Below, piece by piece: positions 26,101 through 39,200 of a stretch of 64,000 nt of DNA (its first letter is position 1; each line of letters opens with the position of its first letter). The DNA lies in contig NC_092356.1 of the NCBI RefSeq assembly GCF_963676685.1, positions 61,814,001-61,878,000 on the forward strand, read 5' to 3'. The notes under the pieces were generated by a model, which saw only the letters and a program-made list of their open reading frames with translations, had not been told where the DNA came from and did not search any database. The translations under genes and the position numbers were made by a program. The stretch comes from Mytilus edulis. Lineage: Eukaryota.

Positions 26101-29100
26101 AATTCGTTGAACTTTCTTAGTAAGAAATATTGGAAAGTTGAAACCAGGTAGAAATAAGAATAAATATTGCCAATTAAATGCTTGAACCACCTGAATAATA
26201 TTTGGTCTGTTGCCTCTTTATTTTGGTATCTGGTCTGTTGATTATAGATACGATTCTCAAATTTATGGACTACTTTGAGTGTAAATCATACTAGTCTTTT
26301 TATTTCAAAACCCATCCCTCATTTAACCCTGTTCTAATCTAATTAAATTGTCCTTCTTTGAACAGAAAATTGCAGTTCTTCATTGAAATAGTCAAATACA
26401 AAATTTCTATCAAAATTTAGGTTAGGAAAATGAATCGTTTGTATGTTTTTCAACTTAGCACTTAGCATGGATTCAAAATGGTTTCTACCTTTAAATTATG
26501 ATATAGCCTATGAGATTTAAATAAATAAATATATAGATGTCATTTGGTTTGTCATGTCAATGAGATGCTCATGATCACTATCTAAATTCCTATTAGTCAA
26601 TATTTACATTTATTCATATAGTCAATATAATACAAGATAATTTTAACTAAATACATTTAAATTGTAAACATAGTAAAGATAAGATAGTAAAGCAATTCAA
26701 ACATTGCTATTTATAGACGTTGGGCACAAGGAATGTTAAAAATCAATTCAGACATCTTTAAAAATGGCCTTTGCAAGTTCTTTACAAAAAGGACAATTTC
26801 CAGTGGGATGTGAAATATGCCAAGATAAAAATAAGATTGAATTCAAATGTCTGGACTGTAACATTTTAATGTGCAGTGGTTGCAAAGATAGAGTTCACTT
26901 AAAAATTGCAAAAGATCATCAGATAACTGATATAAAGGATATAGGTAAACAACATGTTACTTTCAGTGAAATCAAGTGTGAAAACCATACAGGACAGGCA
27001 TGCTGCCTTTTCTGTCAAACATGTAAAACATTTATCTGTCCAAAGTGTGTAGCTAAAGTTCATAATGGACATGACTTGATAGAAGAAGAAGACTACAATG
27101 AAGGCAAAGTAGAAACTAAGCCAAAACAGAAGAGTAAGATTAAGTTTGAAATATTGAAAGAATATACAACAGATCTTAACTCTATTCACTTTATACCAGT
27201 ATGTACTGGTGGTTCTATGTGGATGGGGGATCAGCTCGAATCAAAGTTACAACATATCAAACTTAGGGAGAATAGAACTGAAGTAATAACAAGTCTCAAC
27301 ATTGAGATTTGGGGAATGGCAAAAACTCATTCAAATAACATTCTTGTTATAGTACAGCATGGGACTAAACTCAAACTAATCAACACCATGACAGGACAGA
27401 TGACAGATTCCAGGTATGATGTAACACCATTGATAGCAACCTGTATCCATGTGACCAGTGATCATAGAGTCATCATAGGAGCCCATCCTGGAGGTAAAGC
27501 ATTCCCTGCCACAGGACGACGTGTAGTGGTGGTAATGGATCAGGAAGGAAAACAACTCAAGGAATATGAACATGATAAACAGAATAAACGATTATTTACC
27601 CTCCCGATATGTGTAACTACTACCAGCAATGGTAACATCTGTGTGGTGGACGTGTTAGATGATGATCGCAGAGGTAGAGTGGTAGTGTTATCGCCAGGAG
27701 GAGGCGTACTAGGGGTATACACTGGTCACCACGATGTCAACACCAGGGAGAAACTATTTATACCTGATGGAATACTAACAACACCGTCAGATAATATTGT
27801 TGTTACTGATATGAACAATCATTTATTGCACATACTGACTGACCAAGGACAAAGTATTACCTACTATAATCTGCATGACATGGGAATCTTATATCCAAAC
27901 TCCCTTGCCCTGTCGACATCAGGAACTATCTATATAGGATGTGTTAGTAAAGAAGGAAGTCCAAAAACTACAAAGGCTAAACTTTATGAGTTGGAATATT
28001 CTGGAATCTAGTGGTCACAAGGTCCAAAACAAAATTGATAAAAGACCTGATAGAAAACGAAATGGATTTGGAAGAACTGATATACTGAGAAATAAAAGGA
28101 CAGACCAAACATTATTGGACAAATTAATCTCTAAGAATTATAGAACAAACGGATATACATTGTAAGCATATTTATCATTTTTGTAATATAATAGTTCACA
28201 AGGTGACAGTACATGACAAGTCACTCTAGCCAGACACATTTTACTTAGCCATCACTACTATATTCAGGTTGATTACCTGATAGGCAGCAAAGACCAAGTT
28301 GATTATCACCTGACATGAGCATACTACCAAGAGACACAAATTAGCTATAAATTCATGAGCTTCAATATTTTTATGTTAAACAAATACAAATACAAATAAT
28401 TTTATTTTGCAATGAGCGCCCCAAAGGAGCAGAAATATAACAACTTACAATAGCTTTATCATCTGAGATACTGAAGGACACAGATTTTCTCCTGTCTGTT
28501 ATAAACTTTGATGTCTCCTGAACTTTATCCACTATCTGTTTTATTTGTTTACAGTAGTTTGCTATTTTACATTTCTTCAGGAATTCCTTCATCTGAAATT
28601 CATACAATTAATATTTTTTCTATAATTTCAAAGAAAAAAGTAATTAATCTTTTGCAGATTTTGATAATGTATATAATGCAGTAGTAGTAAAATTATTATT
28701 CTTTGCATTATTAACAAATGTGTTTACAGTTTTAAATTATATGTTAAATTAATAGCAAATGTCAATCAAAGAGCAGATTGCTCTGAGAGATACCATAGGC
28801 GGATCCAGGGGGGGCCTGGGGGGCCAGGGCCCCCCCTTTCGTGGGAAAAATTTGGTTCATTATATAGGGAATCATTGAAGCATGACTGGAGCGGGCCCCC
28901 CTTAGGAAAAGTTCTGGATCCGCCACTGGATAAAATTGCCATTCTACTTCTACCGGTTAGTGACCACCGTCATCATGTGGACTATATATATTCTGTCACT
29001 TTTGGGTGTGCGCAAAAATAATTTTAATTAAAATATCAAACAAAAACAAAAAGGTGCTATACAAATATTTAACAGTGGGGATTAATGTATTAGTATTATT

Positions 29101-31192
29101 TTCAAAAATAATTCAACTGCACGTGTGAAATGCTCGTAAAATTTAATTTACGTAATCTGAATAGTTATGTTTACTTGCAGAAAAACTAAGTCCATTTAAT
29201 CAAATACGGAAAAAAATGATTTTTTTTCTCACAAAATTTACTTCTGGATACTGTCTTATGATCATAGACAAGGTTCTGCTCAAGTTTGGCAGAAATCCAG
29301 GTCAGTTTAAGAAAGTTGTTAACATTTCAAAACTTTAACCACAGAGTGAATATTTGTGGACTCTGCTGCTGCCGATGGAATGTAGGATCCCTATGTTTTG
29401 CTTTTTCAACAAAATTCACAAGCAACTAAAAGAGATAATTCAGGATATTAATTATCAACAATGAATATTTGACCATAAATGGAAACTTGTTGAATTATAA
29501 AGTCTGAAGCATCATTCAACAAATTTGAAATATAAAAAAATAGCCCTTATTAAACTACCTGAAGTATTGATGGTAAAACCAGTTCAGGAAAACCAATCTT
29601 ATGAGCATGGATGTTAAAATGGTCCATAAATAGTTCATATAACTGGTCAATGATGCCATCCTGAAAAAAAATGTTAAAGTTACCTCCCTTTGTACAGACA
29701 ATACACAAAGTAAATCTTAAAAGTGTAAAAAAACTAACATGTATCCCTGACAGAAATATTCCGCAAATTAATAAGAATATATACATAAACAGTGATAAAT
29801 ATTGAGAGTTGTTCTGACTGATAATTTATGATTTTCTAAGGTCTGTTTTTATATGTAGATATTGCTGTATTATATAAGACTGTTTATAATATTCACTACA
29901 TTTGGTTAGCTTATTAGCATTTCATCAGTTGTATATAGTATTGATGTTATTTAAGTTTGTACATAGTGTGCTGTGTTTTATTATAATTTCGTATATGACT
30001 CGCTTCTTTGGCTTTGTAAACAACACCTTGATAAAATTATCGATATATCAAATTATCAATACTTAGTTTTGTCCATCTGATGAGTTAAGCCTTTTTCAAC
30101 TGATTTTTATAGTTTGTTCTTATGTTGTACTGTTATACCACTGTCCCAGGTTAGGGGGAGGGTTGGGATCCCGCTAACATGTTTAACCCTGCCACATTAT
30201 TTATGTATGTGCCTGTCCCAAGTCAGGAGCCTGTAATTCAGTGGTTGTGACACGTTTGTTTATGTGTTACATATTTGTTTTTCGATCGTTCATTTTTTTA
30301 TATAAATAAGGCCGTCAGTTTTCTCGTTTGAATTGTTTTACAATGTCTTATCGGGGCCTTTTATAGCTGACTATGCGGTATGGGCTTTGCTAATTGTTGA
30401 AGGATGTACGGTGACCTATAGTTGTTAATTTCTGTGTCATTTTGGTCTCTTGTGGACAGTTGTCTCATTGGCAATCATACCACATCTTCTTTTTTTTTAT
30501 ATTAGCTATACTTAGCGCAGACTCAGAGATATAAATAATAATGGATGTTAACATATACATGTACCTCTTACATAAATCCACATGTATTAGAACCTATTTG
30601 CAATTTATTAGAATGTTTCCTAAGCTTGATCTTACAGAGAGTAAAAAGGAACAGACACATAGTGCTTTATTATAAGATTTAATTAGCTTAGATTGTGTGT
30701 TTAACTTTGGTTTGTAAACATTTAGTTTGCAATGAAATTGTAGAATTCTCCTAAATATGTTGTTTTTCATGTGTTGTAATAATCTGGTAGTTCTTATATG
30801 AAGATCAATTTAATTGCAGAAACATCTTTATCACAGTAATATAATCAAAAGTATTTCTTATATTTTTGTATTTTGTTCATAATCCTCAATTAACAATACT
30901 ACAAAATGTATGAGTAAATAATTCTACATCTGAGGCAAGATACAACCCAGAATGCATCAGGTTCTAGGATAGGATGATCTCTAATGTCAAAAAATACTTT
31001 CATGAAGCCCGATAATTCAAATAAATTATAATTCAATTGATTAATAAAAAAATAATATTTTAAAACAAAATGTGTTACCTTAAAGGATTTCTCCACCAGC
31101 TGTGCTTTAGATAACTTCAGAATACAGGCAAAATTCAATGGTTTGAAACTGATACTTTTATGCTTCTTGTTGAAGTCTGTCAGCTCAAAAAC
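20132..31192 (-). CDS. NOC2L: NOC2L 3' portion, unit 2. Seven intact exons: 31079-31192, 29559-29660, 28449-28592, 22814-22927, 22186-22331, 21672-21734, 20132-20366 (acidic tail, stop). Apparently 5'-truncated
   Basis: Exon sizes 114/102/144/114/146/63/235, all GT-AG, open frame to ...KEFTMSDSD*. No further NOC2L exons recognised in 31193-44078. Confidence 0.85.
21907..22136. mobile_element. ~230-bp MITE in units 2 and 4 (second copy ~57724-57953)
   Basis: aaggggtctcattgg ... ccgaattagacccactt imperfect TIRs; no counterpart in units 1 and 3. Confidence 0.6.
23372..25424. mobile_element. Helentron-type element with ~123-bp and ~158-bp internal tandem arrays (copies ~3570-4617 and ~49798-50740 internally deleted; ~60207-62280)
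   Basis: 5' end aaaccagatgcaccacagggtgcagctttatac shared with the 1469 element; repeats aaatacatggttagattcagcatat and aaatcaatcccaaccttcc; GAC microsatellite and hairpin at the end. Confidence 0.65.
23866..24137. mobile_element. 272-bp TTAA MITE (GG..CC termini, Kolobok-like) nested in the Helentron-type element
   Basis: ttaa|ggtggtacccaacac ... gtgttaggtaccacc|ttaa; absent at the equivalent site in unit 3 (~50306). Confidence 0.85.
25982..26023 (-). ncRNA. Degenerate hammerhead-like motif of a second family (also ~5189-5232, ~51311-51352, ~62869-62910)
   Basis: Minus strand GUGUUC CUGAUGA AGGUUAAUCCA GAAA AGCACU UG: core boxes present, cleavage triplet and stem I damaged. Confidence 0.45.
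26764..28011 (+). CDS. B-box/B-box + NHL-like beta-propeller protein paralog, 415 aa
   Basis: Intact ORF, roughly 84% amino-acid identity to 5975-7216 by manual count, same nested position. Confidence 0.92.
   Translation: MAFASSLQKGQFPVGCEICQDKNKIEFKCLDCNILMCSGCKDRVHLKIAKDHQITDIKDIGKQHVTFSEIKCENHTGQACCLFCQTCKTFICPKCVAKVHNGHDLIEEEDYNEGKVETKPKQKSKIKFEILKEYTTDLNSIHFIPVCTGGSMWMGDQLESKLQHIKLRENRTEVITSLNIEIWGMAKTHSNNILVIVQHGTKLKLINTMTGQMTDSRYDVTPLIATCIHVTSDHRVIIGAHPGGKAFPATGRRVVVVMDQEGKQLKEYEHDKQNKRLFTLPICVTTTSNGNICVVDVLDDDRRGRVVVLSPGGGVLGVYTGHHDVNTREKLFIPDGILTTPSDNIVVTDMNNHLLHILTDQGQSITYYNLHDMGILYPNSLALSTSGTIYIGCVSKEGSPKTTKAKLYELEYSGI
28794..28928. mobile_element. Small GC-rich MITE (related decayed copy ~36789-36922)
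   Basis: cataggcggatccag ... ctggatccgccactg TIRs; no convincing TSD. Confidence 0.65.
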
Positions 31193-33024
31193 CTGCAAAT
31201 AAATATTTTTAATACATAGTTTATGATTCTTAACAGGTCACATGTCAATGTTAATTATATGGTAAAGTATCACTATGAGTTATCTCCCTTATGAATGTAT
31301 CACTGAATCAAAACACGAGTTATCTCCTTTATAAATGTTAATTATATGGTAAAGTATCACTAAGTCAAAACGCAACGAGTTATCTCCCTGATAAATGTTA
31401 ATTATATGGTAAAGTATCACTGTCAAAACACAAGGAATTATCTCTCTAATAAGTGTTAATTATATGGTAAGGTATCACTAAGTCAAAACACGAGTTATCT
31501 TCATTATAAATGTTAGTATCACACAGTCAAAGAACAAGGAGTTATCTCTCTTATGAATTAAAGTGATGAAAAATTAGTGATCTCCCTTCTTTAACAAATG
31601 ATTTAATAAGTAATTTGTTTCAAACTCAGATTGTTTCCATTTTTACTATTTCATTTTGTATCATTTGTACCATATCAATTTGTATCATTTGTACTATACT
31701 ATTTTGTATTATGATTCATTTATAAATTGTCTATTTGTATTTCTTGTACTATCTTTTTGTTTCAAATGAGTTTGAAATTTTTTATCAAAATTAATGGTAA
31801 TGAGATTTAAGTAGGCAACCAATTTTACTCATAATAATTTTTGTCAAAAGAGTTCTTTTTTTGTATCACTATAAGAATCCAAATATATAGAAATTAGACC
31901 TCTACTAGGTACAGTCAGTGTATAGAAATTAGGATTCAGAAGCGGTACCAAAGTACACAGAAGACGGATCATTGAGGGTACAAGAAAGTAAAGACATTTT
32001 CTATTCAAGAAACTTTGATTATTTGTAAAAAGGACATTCCTCAATGAAATGATGAAGGCACTATATATAGACAACCCCTTATATCAATTAGCACAATGTG
32101 AAAATTGTCAATCATTGATGCTTTGTTTTGAGGAAACCAAATAAGTTATGGTCAGTTGTTAATCTATATGTTATAATATACTTTTAGTATTTATATATCT
32201 ATATTATATGTAAACAAATACATTTGTCTTGTAGGCACATTATTTATAATTAATTACGAGTGTTAATAAAAGTAGTTTGAAAAAATCAAATTTGCAACAT
32301 TTATTGACATAAAATATGAAAAGGCATTGTCATTTAAAAAGAACATCACAGAATCTCATAGTTTCTGCTATCTTTATCTCTAATATAACCTGAGCTGTTT
32401 GTATGATTTTGTTTTCAAATTAAACGAATAAAAGAAGCTGCCTGATAACATCAATGAAAATAGACACACACGCTAAAAATGCATGCACCCGACACGAATA
32501 AGTCAAGAATACTCAGTGTCGAATATTTGAAAGCCAATGATGCTTAAGAATCGAAATAGTTGAAGATCTATATGATCAAAATGAACCTAGAAAATTAACA
32601 AAATCCATTTAGACAGAAATGCAACAACACAGTACAAAAACCATCAACCGTTATGTTGTTGTCCAAGTTGTCTGGAATAATGATATTTGTTACAAACAAC
32701 TCGCCACGGGACGCTTTCATCAAAAATTGCAGTCTAGGCATTTGAAGTGTTTACAAATTATTTTAATTAAAGTTTACGTTGTAACATAATGCTTAAGATG
32801 TACAATGATATAGGTGAAATGTTATCACAACCAAAGCTATTATAGATCTAAAGATCCTGTACCAAGTCAAGAAAATGGAAGTTATTATCTCATAGTTATT
32901 TCTTTGTGTGTTGTATTGTCGTTAGATTTTTTTTTACACTTCAGTGTTCCGTTGTTTCGTTTTGTCCCTCTTATATTTGATGTGTTTCCCTCGAATTTAG
33001 TTTGAAATAAAGAACGAAAAGACG

Positions 33025-33530
33025 CAAACTTTGAAACATGTTATCCTCCTTCACAGACATGTATAAAAAGAGAACCTTGGAAACATGATATCCTCCTTCA
33101 CAGACATGTATAAAAGGACAACCTTGGAAACGTGTTATCCTCCTTCACAGACATGTATAAAAGGACTACCTTGGAAACGTGTTATCCTCCTTCACAGACA
33201 TGTGAAAAAGGGCAACCTTGGAAACGTGTTATCCTCCTTCACAGACATGTTTAAAAAGACAACATGGAAACTTGATATCCTCCTTCACAGACATGTGAAA
33301 AAGGCAACATTTGGAACTTGTTATCCTCGTTCACAGACATGTATAAAAAGACAACCTTGGCAACTTGTTATCCTCCTTCACAGACATGTATGAAAGGCAA
33401 TCTTCGAAACATATAATCACCTTTTATAGACATGTGTACTTGTATACAACTGTATGCATTCATGTATTCCTCCTTCTCAGACAGGTAAAAAAGGCTATCT
33501 TGGTAATATGTAATCACCCTTCACAGACAA
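33025..33530. repeat. Same 46-47-bp minisatellite, about 11 units
   Basis: Same unit at the equivalent position of unit 2. Confidence 0.95.
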
Positions 33531-33797
33531 GCATACTAAAATGCCTTTTTTATTTCAATTTTCAAGATGCGATGATTTAAATGTGGTGCTCGAAAGACAT
33601 GGAAAATGTGAACAATTGAAATTTGAGTGATAATCAAGGACAGGATGTGTCGTTCATACACGGAGCAATCATGTACAGAAAGAAATCTATTAAATAGACA
33701 AATCATAAAAAAAAAAACTGAACTCCGAGGAAAAGTCCATAATCAAATGGCAAAATCATAAGTTCAAACGAATGGATAACAAAAGTAATATTCCTAA

Positions 33798-34520
33798 AGC
33801 TGGGGTCACACATTCACGATTTTTACTGCCGTCCTTGACAGGACCATTCCCGATTAAAATTTGTCAAAAGTCTGATCAAGATCCTGTGAATCGTGGATGG
33901 AAATTCGATTTGTATCTTTCGCCAGGTAAAATTCGACCGAGTCTGTCACGACTGCGTCCCGATTCTACCGAATGTAATCCAACAGAGATCAGATAGTGAC
34001 AAGACAGTGAACCGACGCTGACGGAAGTTATCCGTTCGAAAACTGTCGGCATAATCGGGATGATCAGGTACTGTCGGAACGTAGTCCTATCACGGTCCGC
34101 TCTATCGCATTGCAAACGGCTTTGTCTGGTCTCAGTCGTATTGTATTCTGTTATTGTCGGGACTTCTGCAGATCATTCCCGTTCCACAGGACACCGTCCC
34201 GAATACACAGAACATTGTTAGGAATTCGATCCGATACAGCAGAATCTGTCACGACATAGGCACGATTGTAATCCGACTAGACAAAATCGGCTGAGTTTCC
34301 CCGAATGTTACGGGACGCACCTAACTGTCGGGTGCTTTGCCGAACTATTCGGACCCTTCCCGACCAGTAGGAATCTGTTACGAACTAAAACGAATGCGTT
34401 CAGACAATAATAGGACATTCCAGATAATTGAGGATACTAATCCGACTTTTTCACTTTTCGTGTCGTATCGCTGTCTGATCTCAAACGGGAGCAATAATCG
34501 GCAATGTGTGATCCCCCGCA
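33798..34520. mobile_element. 723-bp GC-rich non-autonomous TIR element, PIF/Harbinger-like, unit 2 only
   Basis: taa|agctggggtcacacatt ... aatgtgtgatcccccgca|tta; TWA-type flanks; empty site at ~14580. Confidence 0.75.
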
Positions 34521-36283
34521 TTACTTGTTTCAAACATTTTCTTTTGTAGAAAATTGTGGATTAAACCTGGTTGTATAGTTAGCTAGCTAGATAAAGCTAT
34601 CACTTGTATGACAGCCGCATTTAATTATCTAATATTGTCAACGATGTGTAAACAAAACAAATATATATAAGAGGTAAAAATGTCAAAAATCGGGGTACAG
34701 CAGTCAACATTTTTTTACTATCTTAATCACTATAAAAACAAACAATTTTGTTACAATGAATATAGACAAACCACATTAGCAAAAATAAAAGACAAGAATA
34801 CATAAATTATCATAGACCAATAACACAACGACGGGATGTATGAGTTAAGAGTCATAAAAATTAATATCATCAAAAACAGACAGAACAAAAAAGTATAACA
34901 CGAAGACAAATTTATAAATACTATAACACGTTATTAAGATGATAAACCAAGTCAGTACTCAGAAACTTTACTTCAAGACCATCGTGTACTACTTGTGAAG
35001 TTGATACGGAACATTTATCAACAAGGTCTTGCTACTCTCGGATGAACCTTTTTTTAGGGGATAAAATAACAGTTCGAAACAATTGAAATTCGCAAGGTGT
35101 TGGCTTAATTGTGTACTGTTAACATGTTTAAAACTATGTGCGGATGACAAAATTTGGAACATTTAAAACACATTGACAAGTTAAGCGTATTTGGTGCTAG
35201 TTAAAAAAAATAAACGACGAAAAATATCGATACACAGCATGGGTTTCGCTCATGGTTAACGCCGTACGGTCACCTATTGTTGCAAAATTATGCTAATTTG
35301 GTTATGAAGCGTCTTTTTTTCTTATCTTGCGTCATCCTTTTATTTGCATTTGGATAAGAATTAGATAATATTTTCATAAATAAAGATATTGTTTATAGAA
35401 ATATTAGTATGAACAAAAGATCTCAACCAGACACTATACCTACCGTTATATCATAAGAACGACCTAATCACAAGACTATTTCAGGTTGTTTGAGCAACAA
35501 AGAATGTGCATAAAGAGTTGACGAAAAATAAGATACGACATAAATATTTAAACTGAAATTTATGAATTGATTAAACATCATTGACAAAACCATCTGTTTT
35601 AACAAACAAACGCTTGAACATATCATAGTCACATATTATTTACCTGTATCAGATAAAGACCCAATACATTTTGTAGGAGGTACAAGTGATCAATAGTCAA
35701 TAAAGATATAAAAGACTTCCGATAGAGGTATAGGGAATCACAATCAATTTCTATTGAAGTTATAATCTAAATTCATATCTGAGAATTCGACAGGGAGAAG
35801 GAAAAGGGTTGGAAAAGGGGGGATTTAAGCATTAAATACTAATTGGGAACATTCAGTTTCGATGCAAACTATGACCATATTGTTTCTTAAACATTTACTT
35901 GCACCTTCATGAATCAAGCATATGAGTGTTTACTTTCAAGAGAGGTAATAGTCATATGTAATGATACAGGATGGTTTGATTTAAACTTGCGGTATGAAAC
36001 AAGACTTCAAATTGGGAAATAAATCCACATATTAGAAACATAAACAACAAAGTGATTTTGAAAATATGAAAATTTTGAAGAAACAATCCCAGGTCAAAAT
36101 GTCTAAATGACCCTTACTATGCTAACTAATGCTATATTTGTTAATTTCGATATCATATAAGCTTCTATGGTGAGTTGTCTGACTTGCAATCCTACCAATT
36201 AAATTTTCCTATTTTTATAAATAAAAACGGCAAAGCGACCTTGCCTAAAAATCTTGCATGAAGCAGAAAAGCATAAATTAAAA

Positions 36284-39200
36284 TACTATGAAAGTACTTT
36301 TATTCGTGGGGTACCAATTTTCGTGGTTTTTGTGAATGACTTTATCGACGAATTTAAGTGTCCAACGATGTAAAACAACCATTGTCGAAATCAACACATG
36401 GCAAAATCGCAATCGGTAGGTTTGACAACTGATATGAAGTGAGGACAACAACATCTGACGCCATGTTTCGTCTGCTTCAACATTCCATTATCAGTGAAGT
36501 CAAAACAAATTACCTAAAAATCACAGGTACTTCATTTAAAAGTCACACAATCTCAGTTAACGATAACATATTTAGTGTAAAAGTTCCGTCCAGGCATGGG
36601 AATACAGAAAAGAACTCCGCAAGCAATACATTTCGGATTTTTTTTTTATAATGGCCATGCGGCATGCGGGTAAACTACGGTGCACTGGTTGACCACGACT
36701 ACTTATGTTCATCTGCCACATTATTCCCCAAATCAAGGAACAGTGATAATTATACTGTTGACTGGTTGTCACGGTTATTCATGGAGTCAATGGCGAATCC
36801 AGCATTTTTCATAAAAGGGGGGGGGGGGGGCCTTGACGGGGTGCTCCAGTCATGCTTCAGGCTTCAGTGATTACCTATATAATCAACATTTTTTCCCCAC
36901 GGACCGCCCCCTCTGGATCCTATGGTAGCCCACAGACTAATTCAAAACTTAACAAAAGTTTAGAACACAAACAAATATTCAAATAATTCACAATCTTCTA
37001 ATTCTGTACTTCTTTGGCAAAATCTCAACAAATCTTTTCTATGATTATGTCACACCTTATACAGCATGTACAGTCCCAGGAGATGGAAACTGTTTTGTTT
37101 TCTCCCTCTTAGTTCATTCATAAAAGGAGACTTGAGTCTGAGTAGTACATTTAGAACTGACTACTGTATATATTATATGCTCCCATATTGTCCAAAATTG
37201 GATTTTATTGGAAGATGGATTTATTTTAACCCATGAGAATGAGAATTTTGATAGGTATATACAGGGCATATTACTTGGAAGTATGTGGGCTACATCCTTT
37301 AAAATTCAAGCTGCAACAGTGGCCTGCATATTTTATGCATCAGTTTAAACCTGATCAAAACATTTTCACTCTACCAAGTACTTTATCGCTATATCACTAT
37401 CAGGTTCACATTTCAACCTATTTAGCAATACACACTTATGGTTATATAACCTCACAGTACCAAAATTATACTCAGTAACCAAATTGCACCTATTCAGCAA
37501 AAAAATCCTTCAAAAATTTTACTAAGTTTGCTTTCACCATGTGAAGTTATCTTATTATCATCTTTTTAAAATGAGCAAATTAAATTTGTTACCAGCATCC
37601 TTTTCTTAAAAAAATAATTAAATAATGTCAAATTGTTTGAAATATTTGAAGAAATAAAACAAAATTTATGTTTTTATCCCAGTTTTAAGGATTTGAAAGT
37701 AACCATACATGTAATGATGTATGAATTTGGGTACTCACCTCATTACAGTATCATGGATTGTTTAGATGTAATTTCAAACCCATTTTTCAATGACTCTACA
37801 TGGACTCAAAATTAAAATGGTGTATCTATATTGTAAACAAGGATAGTCTACAAAATTAGCATAGAATAAACTTTTGTCTGGTACATAAAAAAAGTTGGTA
37901 AAAAACTGACAATTTAGGTGCAATTTGGGTATTCTCATGTTAGCAACTTCACAACAGAACTACAAATTTGTTTTCATGACCAAAACAAAAAAAAGTACAA
38001 ACCTAAAGGCAATAAAATGCTTCGCCATGCACAGCCTGATACAACCTCAGATGTATGTTTAGCATATAAAATATATTTATGTCAGTTAGAATCAAACATG
38101 TTTTAATTTTGGATCCTTTAAACTTCAATATGGACTAATTTAAAAACAGGTATCAGGTGAACCCACATATTTCTATTCAGCAGCAGTCTCTAACTACATA
38201 TCTCCTTAATTTCATATGATAGTAAGTCCTAAAAAAATATTGAAAATGTGTACATTTAATTTTTTTTCTAGCTTCTCTCATGTGAAAGCAGTACCTTTTT
38301 GGTCACTATTTATGTGTTGCGTCTAAATAAGAATTGTAACACTTTATAGTGACTGAACAGGTTAAACAAATACTTCTCAAGAAACAGAAAAAGAAGAGAA
38401 CTTAAAACAGCACCAGCCATGCCAGTATATGTATGAATAAAAACTCAGATCAGAATAGCCTGGACAATATGTTAGTTCTAATGTACTTGTGAATATATTG
38501 TGAGGAAAGATATCAATAATTCTGCAGATAATGCAATTTTATCAAGTGTTTTGTACATTTTCTGTTAAAAATGTTCATAATCAGTGAAACTTTCAAACAG
38601 GCTAAACTAAATTTGTATTACTGAAAGTTTCAAACAATGACAAGTGTTTTATTTACCAAATAACTCATGTGTTTCTGTGAGAACAAACAATCATGTGTAA
38701 TTTTTGGAATTGAAGGGAAAGAAGATCCTTTTGCAGTGCACTTGAGCAGGTCAATTGTGAATATATACTTACTAAATATATTTTCTTCATCATGATACTC
38801 ACATAGACATTATCAAGAAGTACATATCATTGGAAAAGTGCACAAATTACAGATAAAATATTAAATAAAAAATACCCTATTTTGAGTGCATCTCCTGCCA
38901 AATCACTATTTGTTGCATCTATATATAATACTAGACGAGTATAATCAATGTAAATAAGGTAATTTTTGGAAGAAAACCCCAAAATTTGGAAAAGAACCCT
39001 CCCCAATAATGTTGTACCAAAATCAATTCTAATCTTCCTTTTGTGTATTAAAGTTTCATAGAGATCCATTCACTTATACTCAAGTTATTGTCTAGAAACC
39101 AAATGTGTCTTCTTGAAAACAACTATGACACAAAAATATGACATGATTACTTTTGTATGCTTGTATTATAAAAAAAGAAGATGTGGTATGTTTGCCAATG

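Noticed and set aside
33772-34549. ORFs in the GC-rich insert as a transposase
   Set aside because: Short and without DDE or Myb motifs; a non-autonomous element.
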